Positions 34,867-46,194 of a stretch of DNA of 62,309 nucleotides are shown piece by piece. The notes under the pieces are model-generated. The model searched no databases. It worked only from the letters and a program-made list of their open reading frames with translations, and had not been told where the DNA came from. Source of the stretch: Chrysochromulina tobinii (Eukaryota); assembly GCA_001275005.1 (NCBI GenBank), contig JWZX01003208.1, forward strand, positions 1-62,309, given 5' to 3'. How positions within the stretch are numbered: position 1 is the first letter of the stretch; every line of letters begins with the position of its first letter. A program made the position numbers and the translations under genes.

Positions 34867-37800
34867 ATGCCAATGATCGCTGGCCGCGCGGGCGGCGCGT
34901 CGCAGATCATGGCCGCGGTGCGCCGGAGGAGAAAAAAGTCGCCGCCTATCGCGGGCGAGAAGGAGGGCGCCACTCTCGGCCTGAAGTGGAAGGACGTGGG
35001 TGCCAAGCGGCCCACCGAGGGCAAGGAGCTGCAGAATGACGGCCTCTCAAAGGCGCTGCTGCGGCAGAATATGCGCGGCGTTCTGCACTACGTGTTCAGC
35101 GTCGAAGAATTCAAGGAGTTCCACGTTCGCGGCCTCCAACTGAACAGCTTCGTGCGCGCGGGCCCGAGTTACTACGTGCCCGACGAGACGCCCGAGCCCG
35201 AGGAGCTGAAGCCGTGGTTCGTGCGGTGGACGAACAACGTGTTCAACGTTTTGAATTCGCTCTCGCTGCAGGCGTGCCTGTACCTGGTCTTCGTGATCGT
35301 CTTTCAGAACCTCGCGGGCACAATGCGCCGCAGGGAGGAGTACTACATGACGATGCACGTGATGAACAAGTTCGTGACCACGCCATTCGACAGCCAGCAC
35401 AACACGTTCGAGACGATCCGACGCGCTTCGGACATTTATGAGTGGGGCAACCAGGTGCTCTGGCCGGGCTTCTTCGGCGACGCTGGCCCGTGCAACCCCT
35501 TCGTGGGTCTGCCCAACACGCTCCAGAATAAAGGATGCAACGACGACGCGTGGCCCGACGGCGACGGTCCACACCATCTGGTGGGTGCGTCACCGCTCGG
35601 GCTTGACGAGCTGGTGCGTAGGATGGACATGCTCGACTGGACGGAAGGCATCCTGATCAAGCAGGGCCGCGCGGCGCCGCAGAACTGCGCCGGACTGCAC
35701 CAGATCGGGCAGTGCTACCCGGAGCTCGAGAGAGGCATCTACACCTCGTCGACGCAGACGTACGGGTACGTTATGAGCCCGCCCGACGAGACCCTGATTG
35801 CGCCCGACGAGACCCTGATTGCGCCCGACGAGACCCTGATTACACCGGACGAGACCCTGATTGCGCCCGAGAGCTGGTTGTGAGTGCCACACCTGATGGC
35901 CTCCGATGGCCTCCCTCATCAGCTGGTTGTGAGTGCCACCTGATGGCCTCTGATGGCCTGCCTCATCAGGTACAACATCAGCCACCCCGACGAGGAGCCC
36001 GAGATACGATGGAGATACTTCTCAGCTCGGAATCTCGGCGGCAATCCCGGTGGTCAAACCTCGGCGGCGATCCCGTCGATGCGCCAGTACGATACGGACG
36101 GTTTCATTGCGGTCGTCATCCCCTTCTTCTCGGAGATCTATCTCGAGGAGCAGCACGATCTCGTCGATTGGGTCGTCGACTACCGTCTCCACTACGTCAA
36201 CGCGACCAACGGCAAGACGCCACGATACTATTGCGTGCGGCTCTCGCACAACGGGCGCGACATGCATCAGGTGCGTGCGAGACGATTGCGTGGCCATGAA
36301 TGCATATGACAATGACTCATGCATGCTATGCTATGCCTGCATGCATGCAGGTTTGCGACCCAACGACCAATCGGCGCGACGGCTCGGGCAAGATGACCGG
36401 CGTGGTGCGCGCTGCGGTGGAGAACATGTGGAATGACCTCAAGCGTGGCCACTATCTCGATTCGAGATCGCGCGTGCTCACGATCACGCTACAGTACGCC
36501 TTTCTCCTTGATTGCTTCTTGATTGCCTCTTGATTACATCTGGATTACAGTACGCCTTTCCCCTTGATTGCCTCTTGATTGCCTCTTGATTGCCTCTGGA
36601 TTACTTCTGGATTCCCTCTTGAGTGCCGCTGAGGAGCGCTGCTTGCGTCCTTCATCAGGCTCAACTCGAATCACGTGGGCGTGCGATCTCGCTTCACCCT
36701 GATGCTCGAGCTCACCGCCCTCGGAGCGATCTTCCCATCTTACGATGTCGAGACGCGCATCCTGGACGAGGCGGCCCTCGACGACATGCTGCTGTATGCG
36801 CAGATCTCGATGGTGATGGTCGCTTTCTTCGCCATGCTCGAGCTGATCGAGCTCATCCGCCAAGGGCCGATCGACTACGTGCAGAACTTTTGGCACCTGA
36901 TGGACTGGGGAAACTACATCATCTTCCTGCAGGTGTACTTCCAAGTTGTACAGGTACGTGCGGCTCTCGAGCACTCAGACTACCCTCTGATACCCCTCTG
37001 ACACCCCTCTGACACCCCCTGATAACCCTCTGATGGCCCTCTGACACCCCTCTGACACCCCTCTGATGCCCCTCTGATGCCCCTCTGATGCCCCTCTGAT
37101 GCCCCTCTGATGCCCCTCTTGTCGGCGTACCTGATTGCCTCCCTCATCAGGTACGCCAGACCATCGAGAATCCGGACTGCAGCTCGTTCCTGTGCGCCAA
37201 CATCGGCTACTTCGATGATTGGAAGGCGATGGGCGAGTACCGCATCTGCAAGCAGTACCTCGCCCTCTGCGTGTGCCTACAGCTCTTCAAGATCACCAAG
37301 TTCACCAGCCAGCTCGTGCCAAAGATGGGCCTCATGTCGAATGTGCTCCGGCACGCGGCCATCGACATCTTCTTCTTCGCGATCGTCTTCTTCAACTCCC
37401 TCCTCGCCTTCTCGACCATGCTCTACGTGCAGGTGCGCTGATGACCACTGATTACCATTGATGACCCCTGATGACCATGCTCTACGTGCAGATGGGAGTG
37501 CCTCTCTCTGAGTGCCTCTCGGCGTGCTTCTTTCGGAGTGCCTTTCGGATGGCCTTTCGGATGGCCTCTCGGATGGCATGCTGATTGCATCTGCCTGCTT
37601 TGTGTGTTCTGCGTGCAGCTTGGGCCGGTGATGGAAGACTTTTACGACCAAGGGCCCGCGATCGTGTCGCTCTTCCGAGCTCTCTTCGGAGATTTCGATC
37701 TGGATGAGGTGATGAACCAGTCCTCAGGCTACATGAACGCGCTCCTCTTCCTCGTCTACCTCTTTGTCGCGATCTTCATCATGCTCTCTCTCTTCCTCGC

Positions 37801-39060
37801 CATCCTGGCGGAGGCGCAGGCAGCCGTTCGAGAGCGCGAAGCAATCAAGAAGGTCGACGATCCCAACTTCAACGAGTTTGGCGTGATGCACACGTGCTGG
37901 GACTTCCTCGGCTTCGGCTATCGCAGGGTACGCCAGGCGCAGATTCGGGTCTGATTCGGGTCTGATTCGGGTCTGATTCGGGTCTGATTCGGGTCTGATT
38001 TGGTTCTGATTGGGGTCTGATTGCCCTCCTCATCAGGTGCGCCAGACCTTGTATCCCGAGGAGGAGGCCCCCGCATGCAAGTGCTCACCACGACGCCATC
38101 GCTTCTCTCCCACAGGTTCGTCAGACATTGTATCCCGAGGAGGAGGCTCCCGTCGCCGAAGCAGTGCCGGGGCCCGAGCCGCCTCCGACCGTGGACGCAA
38201 TGGTCAAAGATCTCCGGGGCGAGGTCAAGACCATCAGCGAGATTGTGAACACGCTCTGCAGAGAGGTCGTCTTGCTGCGCTCGAATGGCCTCGTCGGCAC
38301 TCCGGAAGGGTGGCTCGCGCCCGACGGCACGCTACGTGGCACCGGCGAGCATGGCGCCCGCGACGACGCCGATGGCGGCGTCGTGAGTGTGGAAGACGCC
38401 CGGCGCATGCGCCTCGGGATACACGCCGAGATACACGCCGAGATGGTGAGTGTGGAAGACGCCCGTCGCATGCGCCTGGTGGTCGAGGGGCTCGATGCGA
38501 AGCTCACCAAGAAGCTCGAACAGATCGACGAGCGTCTCGCGAAGCGTGAGAAGGTGGCCGCGATCGAGCGCAAGGGCCACTTACCGGCCGGTAAGTCGAG
38601 GCCGTCGCCCTTGGTGAACGAGCGCACTGCCGCGGGCGCGGCCAGTGACTTTCAGCCCATCGCCGCACAGAGTTGGTTGGCGGGTACTACGGCCGCAGGC
38701 GGTGGCGTGGCCGCAGGCGGTGGCGGCGGCGACCGCGGCGCTGGCGGCGGCGGCGGCAGAGGGTGTGGGGAGAGCCCCGGTGCGGCGCTGGCGGCGGCGG
38801 CAGCGGCACTGGCGGTGGCGGCCCCGCCGCTGCATGCACGCCCACGCTCGCCTGCCGACCCGCTGCATGCATGCTCTCGCTCGCCTGCCACTCGGCCGCC
38901 CGTCCACTTCTCACCTGAACTCCTCACTTCCACACCAAGCAGCCTGCCGAAGCTGCTTGGGCCACCGACACGCGGACAACTCTTGGGTGCCCCCGACGAG
39001 CACCTAGATCACGCGATGTCACAGTACAGTGGCAAGTCGATCGCCGGCTTGTCAGCGTAG
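34867..39060 (+). CDS. Polycystin (PKD2/TRPP)-like cation channel; introns 35766-35969, 36271-36350, 36494-36658, 36954-37150, 37433-37618, 37928-38115
   Basis: Large extracellular loop ending LKRGHYLDSRSR; WHLMDW; pore SLFRALFGDFD; S6 FIMLSLFLAIL; all six introns preserve the frame. Confidence 0.85.
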
Positions 39061-39326
39061 GCAAATGTGTAGCGAGCCGCCGACGTGAATCGTGCACGAC
39101 GCGCTTTAGGCACCTTAGCTTAGGACTTCGCCGGTGATGGTCGGCGGCGGATTTCAGATTCGATCTACCGTTGACCGTCAGCTCGGCGTGTAAATAATGG
39201 TTAATGCTCTTGTTGCGATACCTCGCCTCGTGCAGGTGTACCGTACGTCGTAAGATTGGACCGCTAGGGTACTAGGTGTCTGACACAACCGTGTTCATCT
39301 CAGTGCAGACTATAACGCATAACAGT

Positions 39327-39608
39327 ATGTCATCTACTGGCTCTCCAACTCTAGGCGCTCTCGAGGGCGTTTCTGACGATGAGATGTTGTTGAGCGGCGG
39401 AGCTGTGCCTCGGTCGCTCGGTGCGGCGGGGGTCGAGCCTGGCGCCGCGATCGCGTCGTCCGCGTCGCACGACGTGTTCTCCAACGACGATGGCCACACC
39501 TTCCGCTTCGAGGATGGCAGCATGGTGCGACTCTCGGGGATCGTCCCCGAGAACCGGCCGATAGCTCTACAAGGCGTTCGAGTCCCTCGTCGCGAAACGC
39601 CGCGCTGA
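39327..39608 (+). CDS. Short hypothetical ORF, possibly a gene fragment
   Basis: GC-rich coding-like 3' half; stop lies 9 nt from the convergent SMI1/KNR4 stop. Confidence 0.3.
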   Translation: MSSTGSPTLGALEGVSDDEMLLSGGAVPRSLGAAGVEPGAAIASSASHDVFSNDDGHTFRFEDGSMVRLSGIVPENRPIALQGVRVPRRETPR

Positions 39609-39617
39609 CGGGGACCG

Positions 39618-40256
39618 TCAGCTTCCGGCCGCGAATTGCTCCGCAGGGTGGGCCTGGAAGGGCGCCACACCGGCAGGGTGGGTCGCGCCTCGCGCGGCGT
39701 CGACGGTCCACGCTCCCGACTCGAGGGCCTCGACCCAGTGGGCGAGCGCAGCCTCGAAGCTCGGGCCCAGCGTGACGAAGTCGCACTCGGTCACCAGCGT
39801 GATCAGCTGGCCCGACGTGCCGGCGGGGCCGGGGTCGAGGTCGAGGTAGGTCGTGTCGCCATCCCAGTAGGGCGTACCGGCGATCGGAATGCGCCGCGCG
39901 CGGTAGGCCCCGGAGCGGATTCGGTCCTCGTCCTCGGTGGCCTCGGGCAGCGGGAAGTCGGCTACGAGCGATTGGACCTCGGCCCATTGCTCGAGCACCT
40001 TCGCGAGCGGCGCGAGCGCCCCGCAGCCCGGCATCCAGGGCAGGCCACCGCCACCGCCTGCGAAGGAGGCTTGGCCGTCGTGCAGCGCGAGCGAGGCGCG
40101 GTAGCCGGCCGGCAGCGAGGCTCCGAGCTTCGCCTCGGCGGCAGCGATCGCGTCTTCGGAGAGCGCGGGAGCCAGCGCAAGGGTGGCGCCGTGTCGTACT
40201 GCGAGCGCTTCGAGTCGGGTCCAGAGATCGCGGAGCGTGGCGTCGAGACTCGTCAT
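39618..40256 (-). CDS. SMI1/KNR4 (SUKH superfamily) protein, bacterial type, intronless
   Basis: LAPALSEDAIAAAEAKLGASLPAGYRASLALHDGQ...IPIA...YLDLDPGPAGTSGQLI...SFEAAL. Confidence 0.85.
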   Translation of the reverse strand: MTSLDATLRDLWTRLEALAVRHGATLALAPALSEDAIAAAEAKLGASLPAGYRASLALHDGQASFAGGGGGLPWMPGCGALAPLAKVLEQWAEVQSLVADFPLPEATEDEDRIRSGAYRARRIPIAGTPYWDGDTTYLDLDPGPAGTSGQLITLVTECDFVTLGPSFEAALAHWVEALESGAWTVDAARGATHPAGVAPFQAHPAEQFAAGS

Positions 40257-40610
40257 ACCCGAACGACTACCATGCGACCGAGAGGGCCACCATCCAGCGT
40301 CGGCTGCTCGGTGCGGCGCGGGCTTCGGCCGAAGTTCCTCGAAGTTTAATTACAGTAATTCAACTCGACCATGGAGTTAATTCTCGTTTCTTGTCACGAA
40401 CGACGACGCTGTATGCAACGATACCGTGGTCTCGATCATATCTTCATATGAAGCGCGGCCCAGGCGGCTAGTCGCTCGCCTAATACACGCACACATGTCC
40501 TCCGGAGAACGCACACTTGCGCGCACACACGCGCACAAGGTCAAGGAACCGGGTGCGGGGCAAACGCCGATGGGGCAGCAGAGACTCGGCTGAGACTCTT
40601 CCGGAGAGCC

Positions 40611-41069
40611 TCAGATGCAAGGATTGTACGTGCCGGGCCCTGGCGTCGCGGTCGCTCGCTGGAAGCGCTCTATCGCCCCCCAGCGCGTGTCCTTGCTCGT
40701 GATCGGGCGCGCCGCCGTGAAGAACGTCGAGAGCGGCTGCGGACCGAAGGTGGAGTACGCCGGGAACTGCGGGCCCGGTGGCCCGCGGTAGCTCCACTTC
40801 GTGAAGGTGTGGAAGCGCTCCGGGCCGCCTCCGAGCACGACGCTCGCGGGCGATTCGCGCAACGAATTGGCCTGCAGGCCAAACGAAGATGTTAGCACGC
40901 GCGGCTTCAGGCTCGGGTCGGCGGCCCATAGAGCTTTCAGGGCCGGATCGACCGCAGTTTCTGCCCTGGTGCTGTGGCTGGTGTGGCTGCGGTGGCTCCG
41001 AGCCGTCAGCGGGAACATGGCCTCCCCACGCTCCCACGGCAGCCCGTAGGTGGACGGGAGGATGGGCAT
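40611..41069 (-). CDS. STPG/SHIPPO-repeat (ODF3-like) flagellar protein
   Basis: GPPGPQF, SSFGLQ, STFGPQ, TPGPGTYN. Start may be at 41114. Confidence 0.65.
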   Translation of the reverse strand: MPILPSTYGLPWERGEAMFPLTARSHRSHTSHSTRAETAVDPALKALWAADPSLKPRVLTSSFGLQANSLRESPASVVLGGGPERFHTFTKWSYRGPPGPQFPAYSTFGPQPLSTFFTAARPITSKDTRWGAIERFQRATATPGPGTYNPCI

Positions 41070-41353
41070 GTGTCGACTCCGAGCCCCGAGGGGTGAGTAG
41101 GAGGGGGAGTTCATTCGAGTGCAGCGGCTAGTTGTCCGACGACCGCGGACAGAATTCCTCGCAAGACGGAACGAGAATGTTGGTTTCAAACGCGTAACGA
41201 ATAGCGACAAAACTTGAAGATGACATGTACCTCGGGTTTGCCCGGCTCCCCCCGATGTTTTTGAACCGGGCATGGCGCTGAAGACGACAAAAGACAGTAG
41301 ACGACTGACTGGTCCTTCATAGGTCTGTCAGCGCTGCCACGTCGACCCCCTCG

Positions 41354-43486
41354 CTAGTCCTCAACCTCGAATAGCGTCGCCTGCGCCTGGCGGAGCACTT
41401 GATAGTCCCTCTCCACCTGCGCCTCGTCCGCGTGAAGCAGCAGCGCGTAGCCTGCACACGTGGCGAGGTCGATGGTGAGAGCCACGTACTCGCCTGGCTC
41501 GCTCGCCTCATACTCGACCCTAATTAGGGAGGGCAGCCCCTCCAAGGGCTCGTCATGCAGCCGTTTCAGCCGACCCTGCACCGGTGAGATCAGCTTCACC
41601 AGACGCGCGGCGCCCAGCAGCGCCGACGCGGGCGCCCGCGGCAGCGCGTTCCACGCAGCTTCGTCAAAGAGGGCGTCGAGGTACGCTTCGAGCTGCGGCA
41701 CACCTCCGCAAGCCCGAACGAGGAACATGCCGCCGTGCCCGTCGCACCCGTTCAGGCGGCCCGCATTCACCTGAGGAGGGAGGCCATCGGAGGCCCATCA
41801 GAGGCGTCGCACCCGTTCAAGAAGCGGCACCGCATGCGTCTCACCCCAATGAGCCGTGGGCCATCAGCATGCAATCACCTCAATGAGCCGTGGGCCATCA
41901 GCATGCAATCACCTCAATGAGCCGTGGGCCATCAGCATGCAATCACCTCAATGAGCCGTGGGCCATCAGCATGCAATCACCTCAATGAGCCGTGGGCCAT
42001 CAGCATGCAATCACCTCAATGAGCCGTGGGCCGTCGACGGTGCTCATCAGCTCGATGTGGGCGGGCCCCCATTGCCAACCTAGAGCATCGAGCGTCGCGA
42101 AGGCGTACTCGACGAGCGCCCTCTCCTTGGGGCCAGCGCATGGCATCAGCTGCGAGCGCAATCAGACATCATCAGCTGCGAGCGCAATCAGACGTCATCA
42201 GCTGCGAGCGCAATCAGACGTCATCAGCCCCAATCTGTCGCAATCAGTCCCAATGCATCAGCCATCTCTTTTGAGCCAGCGTATGGCATGAGCTGACGAG
42301 CGTACTCGTATACATGAACGGCAGCCATAGTAGCATAGCACTCAGTGCTAATTCGTCGTCATCAGTCATCATCAGTCATCAGTGGTCATCAGTGCTAATT
42401 CGTCGTCATCAGTCATCAGCAGTCATCAGTGGTCATCAGCGCTCATCAGCAGCACCCAGTGCTCATTCGTGGTCACCTCTGGCCATCAGCATGCAATCAC
42501 CTGATCGTAATCGTACACGAAAGGCGCGCCGTTCCGCTCGCCTTTCGAATACCGCCAGAGGGCGACCGCCTTGTGCTCGCCCGCACGCGACACCACATCG
42601 ACAACGAACTGCGAGGGCGATCAGTCCCAAATCAGTCCCGATGGAATCCGAGGCAATCAACGCCTATACGACGAATAGCTCCTGCAATCCATGTATCCAT
42701 CGCAATCACCTCCTCTCCCACCAATAGCTCCTGCAATCAGTCCCAATCAGTCCCGATGCAATCCATCGCAATCACCTCCTCTCCCACCAACAGCTCCTGC
42801 ACCACCACCTCGCCGCCACCACGCGCGTCGAGGGAGACTTTGGAGGCCTGGAGCCGGTCGAACATGTGCCGCGCCTGTTCGAGCGAGCGCGCCAGGCCGA
42901 CCATCACGCTCGCCTGCCCTCGTCGAGGCTTGACCACAGCACGCAGCGGCGGCTGCGGCAGCGTGCGCAGAAACGCCTCAGCGGCGGCCCAGCTGCCGGG
43001 CGACGTCTGCTGCACGACGGCCAAGCCAGCGGCGCGTAGGGCCTCGTTGGCCAGGAATTTGTCGCGGCGGGCCGGCAGCACGCCATTCGAGCGCTCCGGC
43101 ACCAGCGCGTGCAGCATGCGCTCCGCATCCGCCAGGCCACCATCGGTGCCGCACAGAACGCCAGCGAACGAGACGTCTCGCGGCAGCACCATCTTGGCCC
43201 AGCCGAGCTCCTCACCGGCTGGTGGCACTTCGTTTGCGCGCACGCGCTTCACGACTGCGTCATCGGCTTCGCCAGCGTCACGGCACAGCATGTCGGCGAT
43301 CGCCGATGAATGGACCTGCACACACAGCGCGCCGCGACGCTCGGCCTCGCTGAGAACGCTCATGCGCTCGCCTGCCTCTGCCGGAGGATCCACGTACAAA
43401 AACGCCAGCGGCGATGCGGTTGTGAATTTGCTGACAGTGCAGACGAAACACAAGACCGTCGCGACGAGCCGGAGGTCGGTCGCCAT
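41354..43486 (-). CDS. ATP-grasp ligase (L-amino acid ligase/carnosine synthase-like), multi-intron
   Basis: RRDKFLANEAL, VVKP, VVQELLVGEE, VVDVVS, GPAHIE, GPRLIE|VNAGR; last intron 41771-42014; middle exon boundaries not fully resolved. Confidence 0.8.
41848..42032. repeat. 34-nt tandem repeat, 5 units plus a partial, spanning an exon/intron junction
   Basis: aatgagccgtgggccatcagcatgcaatcacctc at period 34. Confidence 0.95.
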
Positions 43487-43753
43487 TAAAAAATTTGGCT
43501 TCACAGCCAATCATGTAGTTCACACCCATTGGGGCGGGCCTCTCGATCAAGTGAAGGACTGAGTACGAGTGAACCTTTTTCCTCCTTGGTTGCAGGGCTT
43601 TCAGTAAGGTTCTAATAAGGCTTGACGACTCGACATGGCCGCATGGCATGATGTGAGGGCGGGTAGCGGGCAGAGTCCGGAGACATGCCGGCGACCGGCC
43701 AGAATGGGGGGCGGGGGCACGAAACCCATGGTGGGCGCCATGCGTACCCGTGA

Positions 43754-44305
43754 TCACTTCTCCCCATCGTAGTGTTTGCCGTAGCTCGTCACGATCTTCA
43801 TAAAGTCCGCCTGGCCGACGACCCCCTCCCCTGTAGAGTCCGCCTCGCGAAGCATCTGCATGAGCTCCTCGTCGTCAATCACCTCGCCAATCTGGCCTGC
43901 GATCCGTTTGAGGTCGTTGAAATCCACGTGCTGCTTGCTGCCCTGGTCGAAGAGGCGGAACGCCTTCTCAAGGTCGCCCTGGCTCGGCCGCTCAGCGAGC
44001 TTGTTCAAGATGATGTTGAGGTAGCCATCAAAGTCAAGCCGGCCCGTGTTCTCGGGGTCTGACTCCTGCGCGAGCTTTTTCAGTGCCAACTTGTCGGGCT
44101 CGTGCCCGAGCGCGCGCATCACTACCACCAGCTCCTCCACATCAATCTTGGGCGGGCCGTCGTCGCTTTCGTTCGCGCTCGTGAAGAGATCAAAAGAATC
44201 CTGGATCTCGGTCAGCATATCGTCGGTGAGCTCCCTCTTCCGCCGGTAAAATTTGCCCTGGTTGTACCCCACCGCCGCCTTCTCAGCCTTCTTGGCCGCC
44301 GGCAT
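43754..44305 (-). CDS. Centrin/caltractin-like EF-hand protein
   Basis: ELVVVMRALG, DPENTGRLDFDGY, KAFRLFD, DLKRIA..IGE..DDEELMQMLREAD. Confidence 0.85.
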   Translation of the reverse strand: MPAAKKAEKAAVGYNQGKFYRRKRELTDDMLTEIQDSFDLFTSANESDDGPPKIDVEELVVVMRALGHEPDKLALKKLAQESDPENTGRLDFDGYLNIILNKLAERPSQGDLEKAFRLFDQGSKQHVDFNDLKRIAGQIGEVIDDEELMQMLREADSTGEGVVGQADFMKIVTSYGKHYDGEK

Positions 44306-44465
44306 GGCTGGCCAGAGTTTAGGGCTCGGCCTCCTGCGTTCTTCAGCAACGGGCCCAAGTCAAGTTTCAAGTGCCGCGACGGCGCGAAAACTTCTCTGAG
44401 CGGACGACGCTCAGCACACACTGAGCACACACTTTCCTCCCCCACCTACCCCTGGACTCGAAAGT

Positions 44466-45617
44466 TCACATCTCCCGCAGATTCGCCACGAGCGGCTTGC
44501 CTCCGAATGGCGAGGTCCGAACAGCCTTGGACGCGAACGCGGCTGATGGCCGCATGTTCTTCGGGCTCAAGTTGCGGCTCAAGTTGAAGCCGCCCACATC
44601 GTACGAGCCGGGACCCGCCTGCTGGACAGCAGTTTTGACATGCTGCAAGCGAGAAGCCGTTGATGCGCGGTTCATTCCAGGGCTCACGCGGCCGACGTGC
44701 TTGGCTGCCTCGTTGGCCATGTTGCGGCACGACGTTCGGTAGTCCCCCATCGCCGGCGTGACATCCCTCTCGTCCCATGGCATGCTACGCTGCCCTTCGT
44801 CATCCTCGTCGCCCTCCTTCTTGAGCCGCGACTTTGTTGTCGAAATGCGGCTCCAGGTCGACCCCTTGCACGACTTCGAGGCAATCTCCGCCGGATCGTA
44901 CGCCCCAGGAGCGGGTGAATCGATCGACGTATCCTTGAAGCATCCCACCTTGATTCCTGGGTGCAGCCGCTCGGAGTTCGAGCCAAAGCCGCCCGCACCA
45001 CCGGCACCCACAGGAGCAGCGAGCCATCTGCGAAGGGAGGGCGAGGGCGTCCGCGTGTTGTTGGCTCCGATTCCGAGCGTGTTCGCTCCGAGCTTCCGAT
45101 GAGCCGCGGTCGCCTCGGTGATGAGCTTCTCTGAAGGCGTCGTCTCGTCGCCCGTCAGCTTCCGCCAGAGATCGACGGCAACGGTCGAGCGACGTTCCGA
45201 TGTGACGATCCCTGCGTTGCGAGTTTGGAATGGGCAACCATTGCCATGGGTGGCCGTCCAACAGCCCAACAATATCATCCGCGAAGGCTCCTGCCGGAAC
45301 CACCGGCCTCCGTGGAGCGGCAGCGGTGTTGTGCGGCTTATCAGATGATCGTAGAGCTGCTCATCCACCTCGAAAGTCGCCTCCTCTGGAACGGGCCGAG
45401 GGCTGACAGCACGACGTGGGCTGGCGGCTCGCGGACTGTCCTGAAAACGAGGGCGCGGGCTGCTCTGGCGGGCGCTGTTGCTCGGGGTGCTCTCTCGTGG
45501 CACGCGAAGCGGACTGCTTGCCCTCGGGCTTTGTTGGCGTGGCGTGCGCGGAGAGATGCCCCTCAGCCCCACAATCTTGGGCACGTGTGTACTCGATGGC
45601 GGCGCGTTCTCGTCCAT
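44466..45617 (-). CDS. Hypothetical protein with STPG-like motifs and SPR repeats
   Basis: SPAPGAYD, TPAMGDY, AGPGSYDV, SAAFAS..R. Confidence 0.6.
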   Translation of the reverse strand: MDENAPPSSTHVPKIVGLRGISPRTPRQQSPRASSPLRVPRESTPSNSARQSSPRPRFQDSPRAASPRRAVSPRPVPEEATFEVDEQLYDHLISRTTPLPLHGGRWFRQEPSRMILLGCWTATHGNGCPFQTRNAGIVTSERRSTVAVDLWRKLTGDETTPSEKLITEATAAHRKLGANTLGIGANNTRTPSPSLRRWLAAPVGAGGAGGFGSNSERLHPGIKVGCFKDTSIDSPAPGAYDPAEIASKSCKGSTWSRISTTKSRLKKEGDEDDEGQRSMPWDERDVTPAMGDYRTSCRNMANEAAKHVGRVSPGMNRASTASRLQHVKTAVQQAGPGSYDVGGFNLSRNLSPKNMRPSAAFASKAVRTSPFGGKPLVANLREM

Positions 45618-46194
45618 CCGTCTGTACTCGAAAATTGGACCCGTCCGCCTGGGCCGCGTTGCGGCAAACAAAAGCGAACGATTACAAGTGCCATCAATAG
45701 TAGTAGTACTTGTACCGGTAATTTGTAAGATGCTAAGACATTTGATTTGGTGGTTTCGGCGTCAGCCGCGAGGAAAAAGCGTCAGCCGCGTCAGAATTGC
45801 CTTCAGCTATGATTTCATCATCTGGAGTCAGCAAGAGTTGGACTTGGAGATCACTTGGATCTCAATTGTTACTCAATTGGATCTTGGTCGCAATTTCTGA
45901 CGTGATGTCAGGGTCGATGATGCGGCATGTCGAGCTCCGTCCGCCACCTTTTAGCTTTTTCATCGCCCCAGGCACCGAATCCGTCACGACGACTCAGCAC
46001 GATCCCGCACGGCACGCACCGGGTCACCAACGTGGCGTCAAGTTACATCGGACGACGACGAGCACAATAACACGAACGAAAGCGTGTATTGGACCGCGGG
46101 GTAACACTGAGACTGGACACTTGACTGACTCAGGACTCTACGATGACACACAGCGCCTTTGAAGAGTGTTCTGCTCAAAGCTCTGCCGCGCGCC

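Noticed and set aside
41848..42032. 34-nt repeats as a CRISPR array
   Set aside because: Head-to-tail with no spacers; explained as an amplified splice junction.
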